Source of the DNA: Bacteroidales bacterium
GTDB lineage: Bacteria; Bacteroidota; Bacteroidia; Bacteroidales; UBA932
NCBI GenBank assembly: GCA_017443465.1
Contig: JAFRXO010000067.1
Location: 9,467-73,466 of the forward strand
Length of the DNA: 64,000 bases
Direction of reading: 5' to 3'
A program made the translations under genes and the position numbers. The notes under the pieces are model-generated. The model was given only the letters and a program-made list of their open reading frames with translations, searched no databases and had not been told where the DNA came from. Positions 20,256 through 30,287 of this stretch are shown here, piece after piece; positions within the stretch are counted from its first letter, which is position 1, and each line of letters starts with the position of its first letter.

Positions 20256-21506
20256 CTACTCGCCGTAGAGGTACTTACGCTGTTCGGGAGTCAGGGTGTC
20301 CGTAGAGACGCCCCATGAAGCGAGTTCGCGCATGGCGACATCCCTGTCGATTTCTTCCGGAACGCTGATCAGCATGTCTCCGTCCTTGCGTGTGCAGGGG
20401 CGGAGATTTTTCAACAGCCACCTGGCACTCAGGGCCTGGATTGCGAAGGACATATCCATGATTTCAGCGGGGTGGCCGTCGCCTGACGCCAGGTTCACGA
20501 GACGTCCCTCAGCGAGGATGTAGACAGTCCGCCCGTTTTCGAGTTCATATGCCTGGATATTCTGCCGCGCTGTCCACGAGCGTTTTGCCATTTTTGCGAG
20601 CTCGGCTACCGCGACCTCCACGTCGAAGTGCCCGGCATTGCAGCATATTGCTCCGTCTTTCATTTTCAGGAAGTGCTGGCGGGTGATTACGTCGTTGCAG
20701 CCGGTGACGGTGACGAAGACATCCCCAAGCGGGGCGGCGTCGAGCATCGGCATTACGCGGAATCCGTCCATTACTGCCTCGAGGGCCTTTACGGGGTCCA
20801 CTTCAGTTACTATTACGTTGGCACCAAGGCCTTTGGCCCGCATTGCCGTGCCTTTGCCGCACCATCCGTATCCGGCTACCACTACTGTCTTTCCTGCAAC
20901 TATCAGATTGGTAGTGCGCATGATTCCGTCCCAGACGCTCTGTCCAGTTCCGTAACGGTTGTCAAAGAAATGCTTGCAGCATGCATTGTTGACCAGCATC
21001 ATAGGGAAGCGGAGCTTGTGTGCTCGGTTCATTGCCTCCAGGCGGAGGATGCCTGTTGTGGTCTCTTCGCATCCTCCGATGACTCCGCCAAGGAGTTCGG
21101 GATGCTTTTCATGAATGCAGTTGACAAGGTCGCCTCCGTCATCGATAATGATCTGGGGGCCGGCCTTGATGACGCTCTCAATTCCCCTTTCGTATTCTTC
21201 CGGGGTCGCCCCATGGACCGCAAATACAGTCAGACCCATATGTGCCAGGGCCGCAGCCACGTCGTCCTGGGTGCTGAGTGGATTGCTGCCTGTAATGTAC
21301 ATCTGTGCTCCTCCCCGGTTAAGGACTTCGCACAGATATGCGGTCTTGGCCTCAAGATGCACTGAGAGGGCGATATTAATCCCTTCGAATGGTTTGCTCT
21401 GGGAGAATTCCTCTTCGAGTCCTCTCAACAGAGGCATATGCTGCCTTACCCAGTCTATTTTCGTTTTTCCGGAAGGCCACAGGCCTGCATCTCTTATCTC
21501 AGACAT
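20256..21506 (-). CDS. ahcY: Adenosylhomocysteinase (short type)
   Basis: HLEAKT, SNPLSTQDD, DDGGD, EETTTG, FDNRYGTGQS, GYGWCGKG, NAGHF, GHPAEIMDMSF; start MSEIRD at 21506. Confidence 0.97.
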   Translation of the reverse strand: MSEIRDAGLWPSGKTKIDWVRQHMPLLRGLEEEFSQSKPFEGINIALSVHLEAKTAYLCEVLNRGGAQMYITGSNPLSTQDDVAAALAHMGLTVFAVHGATPEEYERGIESVIKAGPQIIIDDGGDLVNCIHEKHPELLGGVIGGCEETTTGILRLEAMNRAHKLRFPMMLVNNACCKHFFDNRYGTGQSVWDGIMRTTNLIVAGKTVVVAGYGWCGKGTAMRAKGLGANVIVTEVDPVKALEAVMDGFRVMPMLDAAPLGDVFVTVTGCNDVITRQHFLKMKDGAICCNAGHFDVEVAVAELAKMAKRSWTARQNIQAYELENGRTVYILAEGRLVNLASGDGHPAEIMDMSFAIQALSARWLLKNLRPCTRKDGDMLISVPEEIDRDVAMRELASWGVSTDTLTPEQRKYLYGE

Positions 21507-21544
21507 AATGCTTTCTATTTTTCGCTTCGCTTTCTGGTTTTCGC

Positions 21545-21613
21545 CAAATTTAAGGATTTTCCACCACAATGGGACCAAAAATTTGGCTTATACGGCGAAT
21601 CGGAGTAATTTTG
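21545..21613. promoter_or_regulatory. Overlapping divergent promoters for ahcY and fabG
   Basis: TAAATTTG on minus (21545-52); TTTG 21582-85 plus TAATTTTG 21606-13 on plus. Confidence 0.6.
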
Positions 21614-21634
21614 TAAAAACTAGATACAACGAAT

Positions 21635-22381
21635 ATGGGATTATTAGATGGCAAAACCGCGCTCATCACAGGAGCTGCGAGAGGAATTGGAAAGGCGATC
21701 GCCCTCAAGTTCGCCTCGGAAGGTGCTGACATAGCGTTCACCGACCTCGTGATAGACGAAAACGGACAGAAGACCGTAGCTGAAATCGAAGCCTTCGGAC
21801 ACAAGGTCAAGGCATATGCATCAAATGCGGCTAATTTCGATGAGACCCATCAGGTGGTTGCCGACGTACTTGCGGAGTTCGGACATATAGACATCCTGGT
21901 CAACAATGCCGGCATTACCAAGGACGGGCTGATGCTCCGCATGAGCGAAGCCCAGTGGGATGCCGTCCTCACCGTCAACCTCAAATCCGCCTTCAACTTC
22001 ACCCACGCCATCACCCCGGTGATGATGCGCCAGAGGGGAGGAAGCATTGTCAATATGTCCTCTGTAGTAGGCGTTTCCGGTAATGCCGGGCAGAGCAACT
22101 ACTCGGCTTCCAAGGCCGGTCTGATCGGTCTGGCCAAGTCCGTTGCCAAGGAAATGGGTCCCAAGGGCATCAGGGCCAACTGCATCGCCCCGGGTTTCAT
22201 AATCTCTGACATGACCGCAAAGCTCCCCGAAGAGGTCCGCAACCAGTGGGTTCAGCAGATTCCGCTTCGCCGCGGCGGCACTCCGGAAGACATCGCCAAT
22301 GTCGCCCTCTTCCTTGCAAGTGACCTTTCCTCATATGTTTCCGGACAGGTCATCAATGTCTGCGGCGCAATGAACACCTAG
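21635..22381 (+). CDS. fabG: 3-oxoacyl-ACP reductase
   Basis: TGAARGIG, NNAGITKD, YSASKAG. Confidence 0.93.
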   Translation: MGLLDGKTALITGAARGIGKAIALKFASEGADIAFTDLVIDENGQKTVAEIEAFGHKVKAYASNAANFDETHQVVADVLAEFGHIDILVNNAGITKDGLMLRMSEAQWDAVLTVNLKSAFNFTHAITPVMMRQRGGSIVNMSSVVGVSGNAGQSNYSASKAGLIGLAKSVAKEMGPKGIRANCIAPGFIISDMTAKLPEEVRNQWVQQIPLRRGGTPEDIANVALFLASDLSSYVSGQVINVCGAMNT

Positions 22382-22429
22382 TCCTTCCGGACCACTGCTT
22401 ATTGGCTGACATCCTCCTCCCTGAATGAC

Positions 22430-22918
22430 ATGCACACATTTCTCGCCGTACTGGCTTTGACTCTTGGGATCATCGGGCTTGCCGGCTCGGTGATCCCCGG
22501 TCTTCCAGGCCCGCCCCTCAGCTGGGTAGGGCTTCTCCTTGCATTCCTGTCAAAGGGGCTGAACGGAGCCGGGGAACCGATGAGCCTTACATTCCTTCTC
22601 GTGTGGGCGGTGGTGGTGGCATTTGTGACGCTGGTAGACTATATCTTCCCTGCCTGGCTCACCAAGGCAACAGGGGGCAGCAGATATGCCGGATGGGGTA
22701 CTGTAATCGGAATGCTTTTCGGTTTGATCTATCCGCCTGTGGGCATATTCCTCGGCGCCCTCCTAGGGGCTTTCCTTTTCGATTTCTTCTTCAGTGACCA
22801 CGGGGTCTGGACGTCCTTCAAATCTTCCATCGGCGCCCTTGTCGGTTTCCTCCTTGGAACCGGCCTAAAGCTCACTGTCGCAGGAGTGATGATGTACTAT
22901 ATCGTAGTGTATATCTGA
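22430..22918 (+). CDS. DUF456 family membrane protein
   Basis: GLAGSVIPGLPGPPLSWVG N-terminal motif; hydrophobic. Confidence 0.8.
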   Translation: MHTFLAVLALTLGIIGLAGSVIPGLPGPPLSWVGLLLAFLSKGLNGAGEPMSLTFLLVWAVVVAFVTLVDYIFPAWLTKATGGSRYAGWGTVIGMLFGLIYPPVGIFLGALLGAFLFDFFFSDHGVWTSFKSSIGALVGFLLGTGLKLTVAGVMMYYIVVYI

Positions 22919-22932
22919 GCGGCTGTTCCCGC

Positions 22933-24293
22933 TTATTTCAGTGGGATCAGCAACAGATCCTTGTAGTACGCTTCGCTGTACTCCAGCTGAACCAGAATCC
23001 TTCCTGAGGTGACGTTGATGTCGGTGGCTTCGTTCACCAGTTCACCGTTGAGGTAATGCCAGGATTTGTCACCCAAGGTGATGAATTCCATGGTATTCCA
23101 TTCATTTATCGGATTCTCGGTACCTCCGCTGCGGAGTACGCGGAAATTCCTTCCGTGCGGTTCTACGGTATGTCCCGTGGTCTTTCCGGTAGCTCTCCGA
23201 CGAACCAATAGTCACAAAAACGGTCCTTCATTCCCTGGCATTCCACGCATATGGGCCAAAAGCCGTCTTCGGGGCCTACATGGTAAAGAATGCCGCCATC
23301 CCATTCGACTCCCGGGGAGGCGGTGGTATATGTCCCGAAGCGCATCCGTACGCGGAAATAATAATTCCCATATGCCTCGCGCGTCACTGCATAACCGAGT
23401 CCCTCTCCGCTCATATGCATCATCCCGTCTTCCACTACAATGTCGCCTGCGGGGTCTGACGAAGCACTCATATGCCTGATTCCCACGGCTTTCGTTCCCT
23501 TGAAGAGAGGGGCTGAGACGGTCTCGTAGCCGGTGAGCTGCGGGTCGAAGAATCCTCCGTCTTTCTTGAATATGGTGAAATTGGTGAAGTCTTTCCCGTT
23601 GAAGAGGTCGATGGCCTTGCAGGTCTTCGCACCGTCTTTAAGGGCAGTGAATTCTGCACGGCTTGGATGATCCTTCACTACCTGGGGCACATCCACTTCT
23701 ATTCCCTTTTCCGCTTTCCAGCTCTCGTTAACTCTGACGGTGTCGCAGCGGTCGGTGTAAAGGATTCCGTCTAGGTGGTCGCACTCGTGCTGGAAGATCC
23801 GGGCGACATATCCTGAGACCGTCTCCTGTTTTTGTTTCCTGGTTTCCGGATCGACGTAGCTTACTTTGGCGAACTCGCTTCTGGGCACATTCCCTCTGTA
23901 AGGCACTATGCTGAGGCAGCCTTCCGGCCCGACGTTGACCGGTCCCCACAGCGAATCCACATGCACGTTGGGATAAACTTCATATGGCTCTCCCGGTTTG
24001 TCCATCCGGCACACTACAATGATCCTGCGGGAGTCGCCAACCTGGGGTCCTGCTATCCCGACTCCACCCTGCTCGGGGGATGTGACGGTGGCTACCATGT
24101 CTGCGGCAAGCTTGGAGAAGGATGCGCTTCGAAGTTCCCGGGCAGTGAAATCCCGGCAGGGAGTCCGGAGGACCTGCAATTCCCCTTCATCGAAAACGGA
24201 ATAAACATGAAGTACTTCAGGTGCCCTCCTGCAGCCCGCAAGCGCTAATGCTATGGCGGTAAAAGCGATGATCTTTTTCAATTTGATTTTCAT
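22933..24293 (-). pseudogene. def: Lipoprotein peptide deformylase fused to DUF1080 domain; frameshift near 23193-23198
   Basis: Lipobox LAGC; GVGIAGPQVG, EGCLS, QHECDH; then IDLFNGKDF..., YFRVRMRF, GGILYH, ECQ. The domain continues in another frame (EWNTMEF..LNGELVN..GRILVQLE). Confidence 0.75.
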
Positions 24294-24299
24294 ATGCTG

Positions 24300-24375
24300 C
24301 AAATATAAGTTTCTTCGTGGGCATATCGGTGCTTTCCTGAAAGTTTTTTTTTTAAGCAAAATCAGGCTACATTTG
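24300..24375. promoter_or_regulatory. Divergent -7 boxes for def fusion and beta-barrel gene
   Basis: TATATTTG on minus (24300-07), TACATTTG on plus (24368-75). Confidence 0.55.
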
Positions 24376-24408
24376 TGCGGGATTGTGACGGGTGTCCCAT
24401 TAAATGCT

Positions 24409-24996
24409 ATGGTTAAAAAGCTGCTTTTTTGCATCATATTGATGGTATTTTTCGGCGGAGTGCTTCGCGCACAGGGGCCGCACGAACTGCGTATCGGAAT
24501 TTCCGGTCCGGCAGCGGGGACCCGGCATGTTTTTGATTTCGCCTCCCGCTTCTTTTACGCGGGAACGGATCTCTATTGTTTGTATGAAGAGTCTTTGCAA
24601 CTGGACTCCGCACCGGTATTCAGTGTCGATTACTCATATACGCTGAAGGGATGGCTGAGACCGGGCTTGGAATTTTCCCTGGGTTTCATGCGGGTAAATA
24701 GTATCCCGCCCCGTGCTTTTCCAGACAGAGAAATCCAGTCCTGTTCCCAACAGTATTATTCGCTGTTACCCTTCGTAAATTTGATGGCACTGGATAAGCC
24801 GCATTTCAAGATCTATGGTAAAATCGGTGTGGGAGGGCAATTAACTGCGGGAGAATGGAAAGGGAAGAGCTTTTATCCTGCCTGGCAGATTGCCCCGCTT
24901 GGACTCCAATGGGGAGGAGAAAGGATCTTCGGCTTTTTCGAGTTAGGTTTCGGTGATGTCTATATTGCCCGTGGAGGAGTGGGTTTCAGATGGTAA
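24409..24996 (+). CDS. Outer-membrane beta-barrel protein
   Basis: Signal peptide MVKKLLFCIILMVFFGGVLRA; amphipathic strands; C-terminal GVGFRW. Confidence 0.7.
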   Translation: MVKKLLFCIILMVFFGGVLRAQGPHELRIGISGPAAGTRHVFDFASRFFYAGTDLYCLYEESLQLDSAPVFSVDYSYTLKGWLRPGLEFSLGFMRVNSIPPRAFPDREIQSCSQQYYSLLPFVNLMALDKPHFKIYGKIGVGGQLTAGEWKGKSFYPAWQIAPLGLQWGGERIFGFFELGFGDVYIARGGVGFRW

Positions 24997-25000
24997 GAAT

Positions 25001-25663
25001 ATGAAACAATTATTATTTCTGGGTAGCCTTGTCCTCTTTCTTGCAACTGCCTGTTACAAGAATGATGATGCCTTCGGCGGACATAGTAACGAAAACGGAA
25101 ATCCAGTCCGTACGTATATGATTACCTTGGCTGATGATCTTGTAGCGGCATCTTTGGAGGAATTGGAAACTGCTTTGCAGACAGATCCTTCGGATCCATC
25201 TGCCCAGGCATTCTTTATCATTGAAGGCAATTTGGATATTCCTGGAAGCACTTGGACGCTTCGCTGGGATTGTCCTCTTAAGGGTCTTATCATCCGTTGC
25301 CATCAAGCTGATGACGGGCTACCTGAGTGGAACATTGAGTATGAAGGCGAACTTGAATTATCTGGGGAGAATTATCCGACCAGGTTCTCAATGTGTGTAC
25401 ATCAGGGAGACGGGTCTCAAAGTATCTCCTCCCATATTGATTGGTTAGTTTCAGAGTTCAATGGTGAGCGCTTTGAGCGGGAGGGTTATAGGTGCAATTT
25501 CGGCGCAACCTCCACACTTTCTTTCAAAGCTGTTTCCGAGGGCCATCGATGGTATTCTTATGGTGTGCTTTATATGTATGTCCATAAGGGAGGGGACCTT
25601 ATTGACACAGCCTTCCTGCGTCTTGACGGTCCCCGAAGTTCTGCCTCTTTCACCCGATTATAG
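25001..25663 (+). CDS. Hypothetical lipoprotein
   Basis: MKQLLFLGSLVLFLATAC lipobox. Confidence 0.6.
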   Translation: MKQLLFLGSLVLFLATACYKNDDAFGGHSNENGNPVRTYMITLADDLVAASLEELETALQTDPSDPSAQAFFIIEGNLDIPGSTWTLRWDCPLKGLIIRCHQADDGLPEWNIEYEGELELSGENYPTRFSMCVHQGDGSQSISSHIDWLVSEFNGERFEREGYRCNFGATSTLSFKAVSEGHRWYSYGVLYMYVHKGGDLIDTAFLRLDGPRSSASFTRL

Positions 25664-25747
25664 GGCCCCACTCAGCCCGAGAATTGGCTTTTGGGGGCTT
25701 AAGTGGAAACCTTTGTGTCCAACATCGATGCAGTAAACCCATCAAGG

Positions 25748-26662
25748 TCATCGATATTGTTTCGAGCGGAGGGCCTGGGCGAGTATGTTGGCCGGAAGGA
25801 GAAGCCCTGCAGCCAGCTGGTTCACATTAAGCCGATACTTCTTTTGCAAGGCTGAGGCGAGACGGAAGCGTTCATCTATTGTCAGATTATCCGGCTTGAC
25901 TCCTTGATAGTCGCTGGTTAAAACCTGATCAATAATCATGTCAGCTTCCTCTTGGGTAAAGGATACCGTCTCTCCCAGCTGGTCTGCAACCATCATATAG
26001 CCTTCAAAGTCTTTAACCAGGGCTGTATGGTATTGACGGGCCGTTGGGAAGACTTTGTAAAAGACTTTGGTATCTACAAAGCTTTGTGGAAGGACCATTC
26101 CGGAAGGCATATGTATAAGATAATCTTTCGGAATAGGGATGCGTGTTTCAAGCGTTTCGCGTAACTTATGGAGGGAAAGGTCTCCAGCCCGGATGGATTC
26201 GAACAGAATGGGCACCATGGAGTAGAAAAGCAGTGAAGATCCCCAGAGATAACCACCCGGCACGACTTCCTGGACTTCGAATGCGTTCCTTGCCACATAC
26301 ACGAAATTCCTGCGCATCTGATCTTCGTCTTCCACATTGATGAGCCGGAAATCGTAATTTCTGGGGAGTGATGGATGCCCATCCTTCCGTAATCGTCTTG
26401 CTGCCCGACATTTAAGATAATCGAAGGCATCCACGCAAGCGGCTCCATTCCCGGAGAGAAGCAAATGCATATGCGTTCGCATCACTTCGTAAGCGTGAAT
26501 CCTTACCGGGAATTTCAATGGCAGAACTGCAATGGCATTAACCAGATTTGCATATTCGGCATCATCGTGACACAGGATAGTCGTTTTCCCGTCAGTACAA
26601 AGATGATAGTATCCCTTTTTCCAAGTCCGATACATTGCCCTCCGTTTCATCCTTTCATCCAT
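25748..26662 (-). mobile_element. REP-associated tyrosine transposase-like (Y1/HUH) protein with C-terminal helical extension
   Basis: YYHLCTDG, HAYEVMRTHMHLLL (HUH), NFVYVARN (Y motif); no TnpB nearby. Confidence 0.75.
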
Positions 26663-26728
26663 ATGACTTGTTTTTTATTTCGTTTTCAAAAAGTACAGTT
26701 CCCAGTCGGTGCACTTCAGTGGTTCTTT

Positions 26729-26814
26729 GTCGCGCACGTTTTAGGGCGTTTTTGTGCTCGAGGGGAAACTGTGGTATTCCGTCGCGCACGTTTCATGGCC
26801 TTTTTGTGCTCGAG
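26729..26814. repeat. Two 34-bp direct repeats (31/34 identical), each an imperfect palindrome; REP-like
   Basis: gtcgcgcacgttttagggcgtttttgtgctcgag (26729-62) and gtcgcgcacgtttcatggcctttttgtgctcgag (26781-814). Confidence 0.8.
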
Positions 26815-26843
26815 TGCGGACTCCAACTAATCCGACTCATGAT

Positions 26844-27725
26844 TCAGTATCCTACGCAGGCGAGGGTGGCGACGGAAATCCGGATTTCCGGGGGGAAGAC
26901 GGTCCTCAGGGCGGACCAGCAGGCGTGAACCGTCGCGCCGGTTGTGAAAACGTCATCCACTATCAATATGTGATGCGGCTCGGGCAACACATGGCGTGCA
27001 TAAGGTAAATGCCGGCGAAGTGCATGAGACAACTTCCCGGGCCTCAGGTACTTCCCATTGATCACGAAGGCCCCGGTCACGTTGCGCGCCTTCTGGAATA
27101 TGTCCAGGTGGGTCTGGGTCCTGGTCCGGCGGGTCCTCACCAGAAGGTCAGGGACCATGCGGGCCCCGAGGCATCTGGAAAGGGCCTTTCCAATGACCTC
27201 TGCCTGGTTGTACCCCCTGCTCCACATCCTCGTCCAATGGAGCGGAACCGGAACCACAAGATCTACATCGGAAAATAGGGGAGAGCCGGAGAGTTTCTCT
27301 CCCAGGATGTGCGCAAAATATCTCCCCGCCCTGAGGTTCGAATGATATTTCAGGCTCTGGGTGATCTTGCTGTAGCCGTTGCCTGAGCGGTAGAGGAAAA
27401 GGGCTGCGGCATAGGCGTAAGGTTCGACGGCGGGCTGGATTTCCGGCCCGCAAAGCTGCCCGGCACCTGGGCCTCGGAGCAGTCCGTCTTTGTCTGATCC
27501 CTCCAGGTCCCGCTGGACCAGATCATTGAACCGGTCGGCCATCTGGTTTCGTGACATGGACCAGTTGAAGGTAAGAGGGAGGTCACACAGGCATTCGGCG
27601 CACAGGTGCTTTTCCCGGAGAGGCAATTGTCTCCCGCAGACAATGCACACCCTCGGCATGGCCAGGTCAGCGGCCGCACACAAGAGGTCATCAGCCGCAC
27701 ACAAGACTTCATCGATTCCCTTCAT
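26844..27725 (-). CDS. comF: ComF family / phosphoribosyltransferase domain protein
   Basis: CIVC..LCAEC zinc ribbon, VPVPLH..R...RGYNQA, IVDDVFTTGAT. Confidence 0.85.
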   Translation of the reverse strand: MKGIDEVLCAADDLLCAAADLAMPRVCIVCGRQLPLREKHLCAECLCDLPLTFNWSMSRNQMADRFNDLVQRDLEGSDKDGLLRGPGAGQLCGPEIQPAVEPYAYAAALFLYRSGNGYSKITQSLKYHSNLRAGRYFAHILGEKLSGSPLFSDVDLVVPVPLHWTRMWSRGYNQAEVIGKALSRCLGARMVPDLLVRTRRTRTQTHLDIFQKARNVTGAFVINGKYLRPGKLSHALRRHLPYARHVLPEPHHILIVDDVFTTGATVHACWSALRTVFPPEIRISVATLACVGY

Positions 27726-27846
27726 ATCCATCATCTCCTTTTGAAGCAAAAACAGCTGCTGGCAAAAATAGCCGGAGTTTGCCTGAGGCGCAATCATTAC
27801 CCAAGCGGCAGAATGAGAGATTTACGAATCTTAGCGCAAAAAATGA

Positions 27847-27854
27847 TATATTTG
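27847..27854 (+). promoter_or_regulatory. -7 promoter box
   Basis: TATATTTG 20 nt upstream of aminopeptidase ATG. Confidence 0.55.
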
Positions 27855-27874
27855 CATATAAGCACTCAATTCAT

Positions 27875-29275
27875 ATGTTCGATAAAGGAATCTATATCCG
27901 CAGGCGCGCGACTCTCATTGAGCGCATGGCGTCCTGCGCACCCGAAGGAAAGAGGGGTATAGCCATATTCATTGGCAATGCCGACGCTCCAGCCCAATAC
28001 CGCGACAATGCATATGCTTTCAGGCAGGACAGCACCTGGCTCTATTATTTCGGAATAGACCTCCAGGGCTATGCAGCCATAATCGACCTTGACAGCGCCG
28101 GGCAGACAATATATGCCGATGACGTTGACATCGACGATGTCATATGGAGTGGTCCGCAGCCCAGCGTGCGTTCGATCGCTGAGAGTGTCGGTGTTCCCTG
28201 CAGTGCTCCCGCCGCAGCCTTTGATGAAGCTGTCCGGGCCGCTGCCGCCAAAGGCCGCGAGGTGCATTTCATCCCCCCGTCGAGGTATTACAATACCCTA
28301 AGACTCAGGAACCTCTCCCTCGACCCTTCTAAATCTTCGCTTTCCCTGGTCAAGGCCATCATCTCTATGAGACTCGTAAAAGAAGACGTTGAAATAGAGC
28401 AGATGGATGACGCCTGCGACATAGGCTACAGGATGCATTCCCTCGGCCGCAGCCTGGTCAAGGTCGGCGCCCGCGAGCAGGACATCGCCGGAGCCATGGA
28501 CGGCTACACCATCCAGAAAGGCTGGGGAGTCTCTTTCCCGACCATCCTGACCCAGCATGGAGAAACACTTCATCTTCACGGACATACGGGAATCGTAGTT
28601 CCCGGAAGGCTGATGCTGATTGATGCCGGAGCCGAGAACAACATGCATTATCCTTCAGATTTCACCAGGACCTATCCTACCGGAGGCAAGTTCACCAAGA
28701 AGCAGCGGGACATCTACGAGATAGTGTGCAGGGCCAACGAGGCCGCCTTCTCATTGACAAAGCCGGGAGTCGCCTACCGTGATGTCCATCTTGCAGTGGA
28801 AAAGATACTTCTTGAAGGCCTCCGTGACCTTGGACTGGTCCGCGGAAACCTGGACGACATGGTCGATTGCGGCATATGCGGAATGTTCATGCCTCACGGC
28901 CTGGGACACAATATCGGCCTGGATGTCCACGATATGGAAGACCTGGGTGAAAACCTTGTGGGATATGATCCCGACCAGAAACGTGCGCCCAGGATGGGGC
29001 TCGGCAGCCTGAGGATGGCCCGCCGCCTGGTTCCCGGGAATGTCATTTCGGATGAGCCCGGCATATATTTCATCCCGGCCCTCATCGGGAAATGGAAAGA
29101 AGAAGGCACAGGCAGGGATTTCGTGAACTATGCCGCCCTTGAGGATTATTATGATTTCGGAGGAATCCGCCTTGAAGACGATGTGCTCGTGACTGCCGAC
29201 GGCGCCCGCCGTCTTGGCCACGAGAGGCTCCCAATCTTCCCCGACGACGTTGAGGCGGCCATGGCAGCAGACTAA
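27875..29275 (+). CDS. pepP: Xaa-Pro aminopeptidase (M24B)
   Basis: IDAG, SDFTRT, HGLGH.IGLDVHD, DEPGIYF, GIRLEDD. Confidence 0.9.
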   Translation: MFDKGIYIRRRATLIERMASCAPEGKRGIAIFIGNADAPAQYRDNAYAFRQDSTWLYYFGIDLQGYAAIIDLDSAGQTIYADDVDIDDVIWSGPQPSVRSIAESVGVPCSAPAAAFDEAVRAAAAKGREVHFIPPSRYYNTLRLRNLSLDPSKSSLSLVKAIISMRLVKEDVEIEQMDDACDIGYRMHSLGRSLVKVGAREQDIAGAMDGYTIQKGWGVSFPTILTQHGETLHLHGHTGIVVPGRLMLIDAGAENNMHYPSDFTRTYPTGGKFTKKQRDIYEIVCRANEAAFSLTKPGVAYRDVHLAVEKILLEGLRDLGLVRGNLDDMVDCGICGMFMPHGLGHNIGLDVHDMEDLGENLVGYDPDQKRAPRMGLGSLRMARRLVPGNVISDEPGIYFIPALIGKWKEEGTGRDFVNYAALEDYYDFGGIRLEDDVLVTADGARRLGHERLPIFPDDVEAAMAAD

Positions 29276-29290
29276 ACAACATAGACAGAT

Positions 29291-30199
29291 ATGGGTAGAA
29301 AAGTCATATGTCTCGGTGAGACTGTCCTCGACATCCTTTTCCGGAATTCCCAGCCTCAGCAGGCGAATCCCGGAGGATCGACATTCAACACCTCGGTCTC
29401 CCTCGGGCGTGCCGGTGCCAAGGTATACCTCATCAGCGAGACCGGAGACGATGAGGTTGGGAAGATCATCCGCGATTTCCTTGACGAGAACAGGGTGGAC
29501 TCTTCCTGCGTCCGTGTGTATCCCGGGATGAAGTCCAAGGTCTCCCTGGCCATCCTGGACGAGAATAACGATGCCAAGTACACCTTTTACGGGGATGAGC
29601 CCCGGGAGAGGCTGGATTTCCTTACGCCGGAGATATGCCCGGATGACGTGGTCGTTTTCGGCTCTTTCTATGCCCTGAATCCTGCAAACAGGGAATTCGT
29701 GAAGAAGTTCCTGGCATATGCCCGCAGCTGCGGGGCCATAATCTATTATGACATAAATTTCCGTCCTTCACATGCTTCCGACCTGGATCAGCTCCGTCCG
29801 TTCATAATGGAGAACATCGCTGCTTCGGACATAGTGCGGGCAAGCGTCGATGACATCCACACTGCCTTCGGGATATCGGATCCGCGCCTGGTGTACGACA
29901 CTGTCATATCCCGCTACTGCTCGGTGTTCATATGTACTGATGCCTCCCGGGAAATCCTCCTTGCCGATTACGGGTCCTTCTACGAGTACCCGGTCCAGCA
30001 GATAGAGACGGTAAGCACCATCGGGGCCGGCGATTCCTTCAATGCGGGCATTGCATATGGCCTCATGCATGAGAATGTAGTGAAGGATGACCTCAGGGAT
30101 GCACCTTGGGAAATGCTGATCGAGTGGGGGCAGCTCTTCAGTCGGAACTGCTGCATGTCGATCGAGAACTACATAGACAAAGACCTGCTCCCGGGGTAG
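29291..30199 (+). CDS. PfkB family carbohydrate kinase (fructokinase-like)
   Basis: PGGSTFN, YDINFR, STIGAGDSFNAG. Confidence 0.9.
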   Translation: MGRKVICLGETVLDILFRNSQPQQANPGGSTFNTSVSLGRAGAKVYLISETGDDEVGKIIRDFLDENRVDSSCVRVYPGMKSKVSLAILDENNDAKYTFYGDEPRERLDFLTPEICPDDVVVFGSFYALNPANREFVKKFLAYARSCGAIIYYDINFRPSHASDLDQLRPFIMENIAASDIVRASVDDIHTAFGISDPRLVYDTVISRYCSVFICTDASREILLADYGSFYEYPVQQIETVSTIGAGDSFNAGIAYGLMHENVVKDDLRDAPWEMLIEWGQLFSRNCCMSIENYIDKDLLPG

Positions 30200-30228
30200 C
30201 CCTGTCGCAAATTAACAGACCGGGCGTG

Positions 30229-30269
30229 ATAAAAGGGGGCCGGCTCAAAGCGAGCCGGCCCCCTTTTAT
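30229..30269. terminator. Bidirectional intrinsic terminator
   Basis: ataaaagggggccggctc / gagccggcccccttttat perfect 18-bp stem between convergent genes. Confidence 0.85.
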
Positions 30270-30287
30270 TGGCTTCTGCCTCGGGAA

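Noticed and set aside
25748-26662. IS200/IS605 element with TnpB
   Set aside because: No TnpB/RuvC ORF nearby, and the protein is about twice the size of a typical IS200 TnpA
26729-26814. Possible mini-CRISPR array
   Set aside because: Only two repeats, an 18-nt spacer and no cas genes; better explained as REP-like repeats
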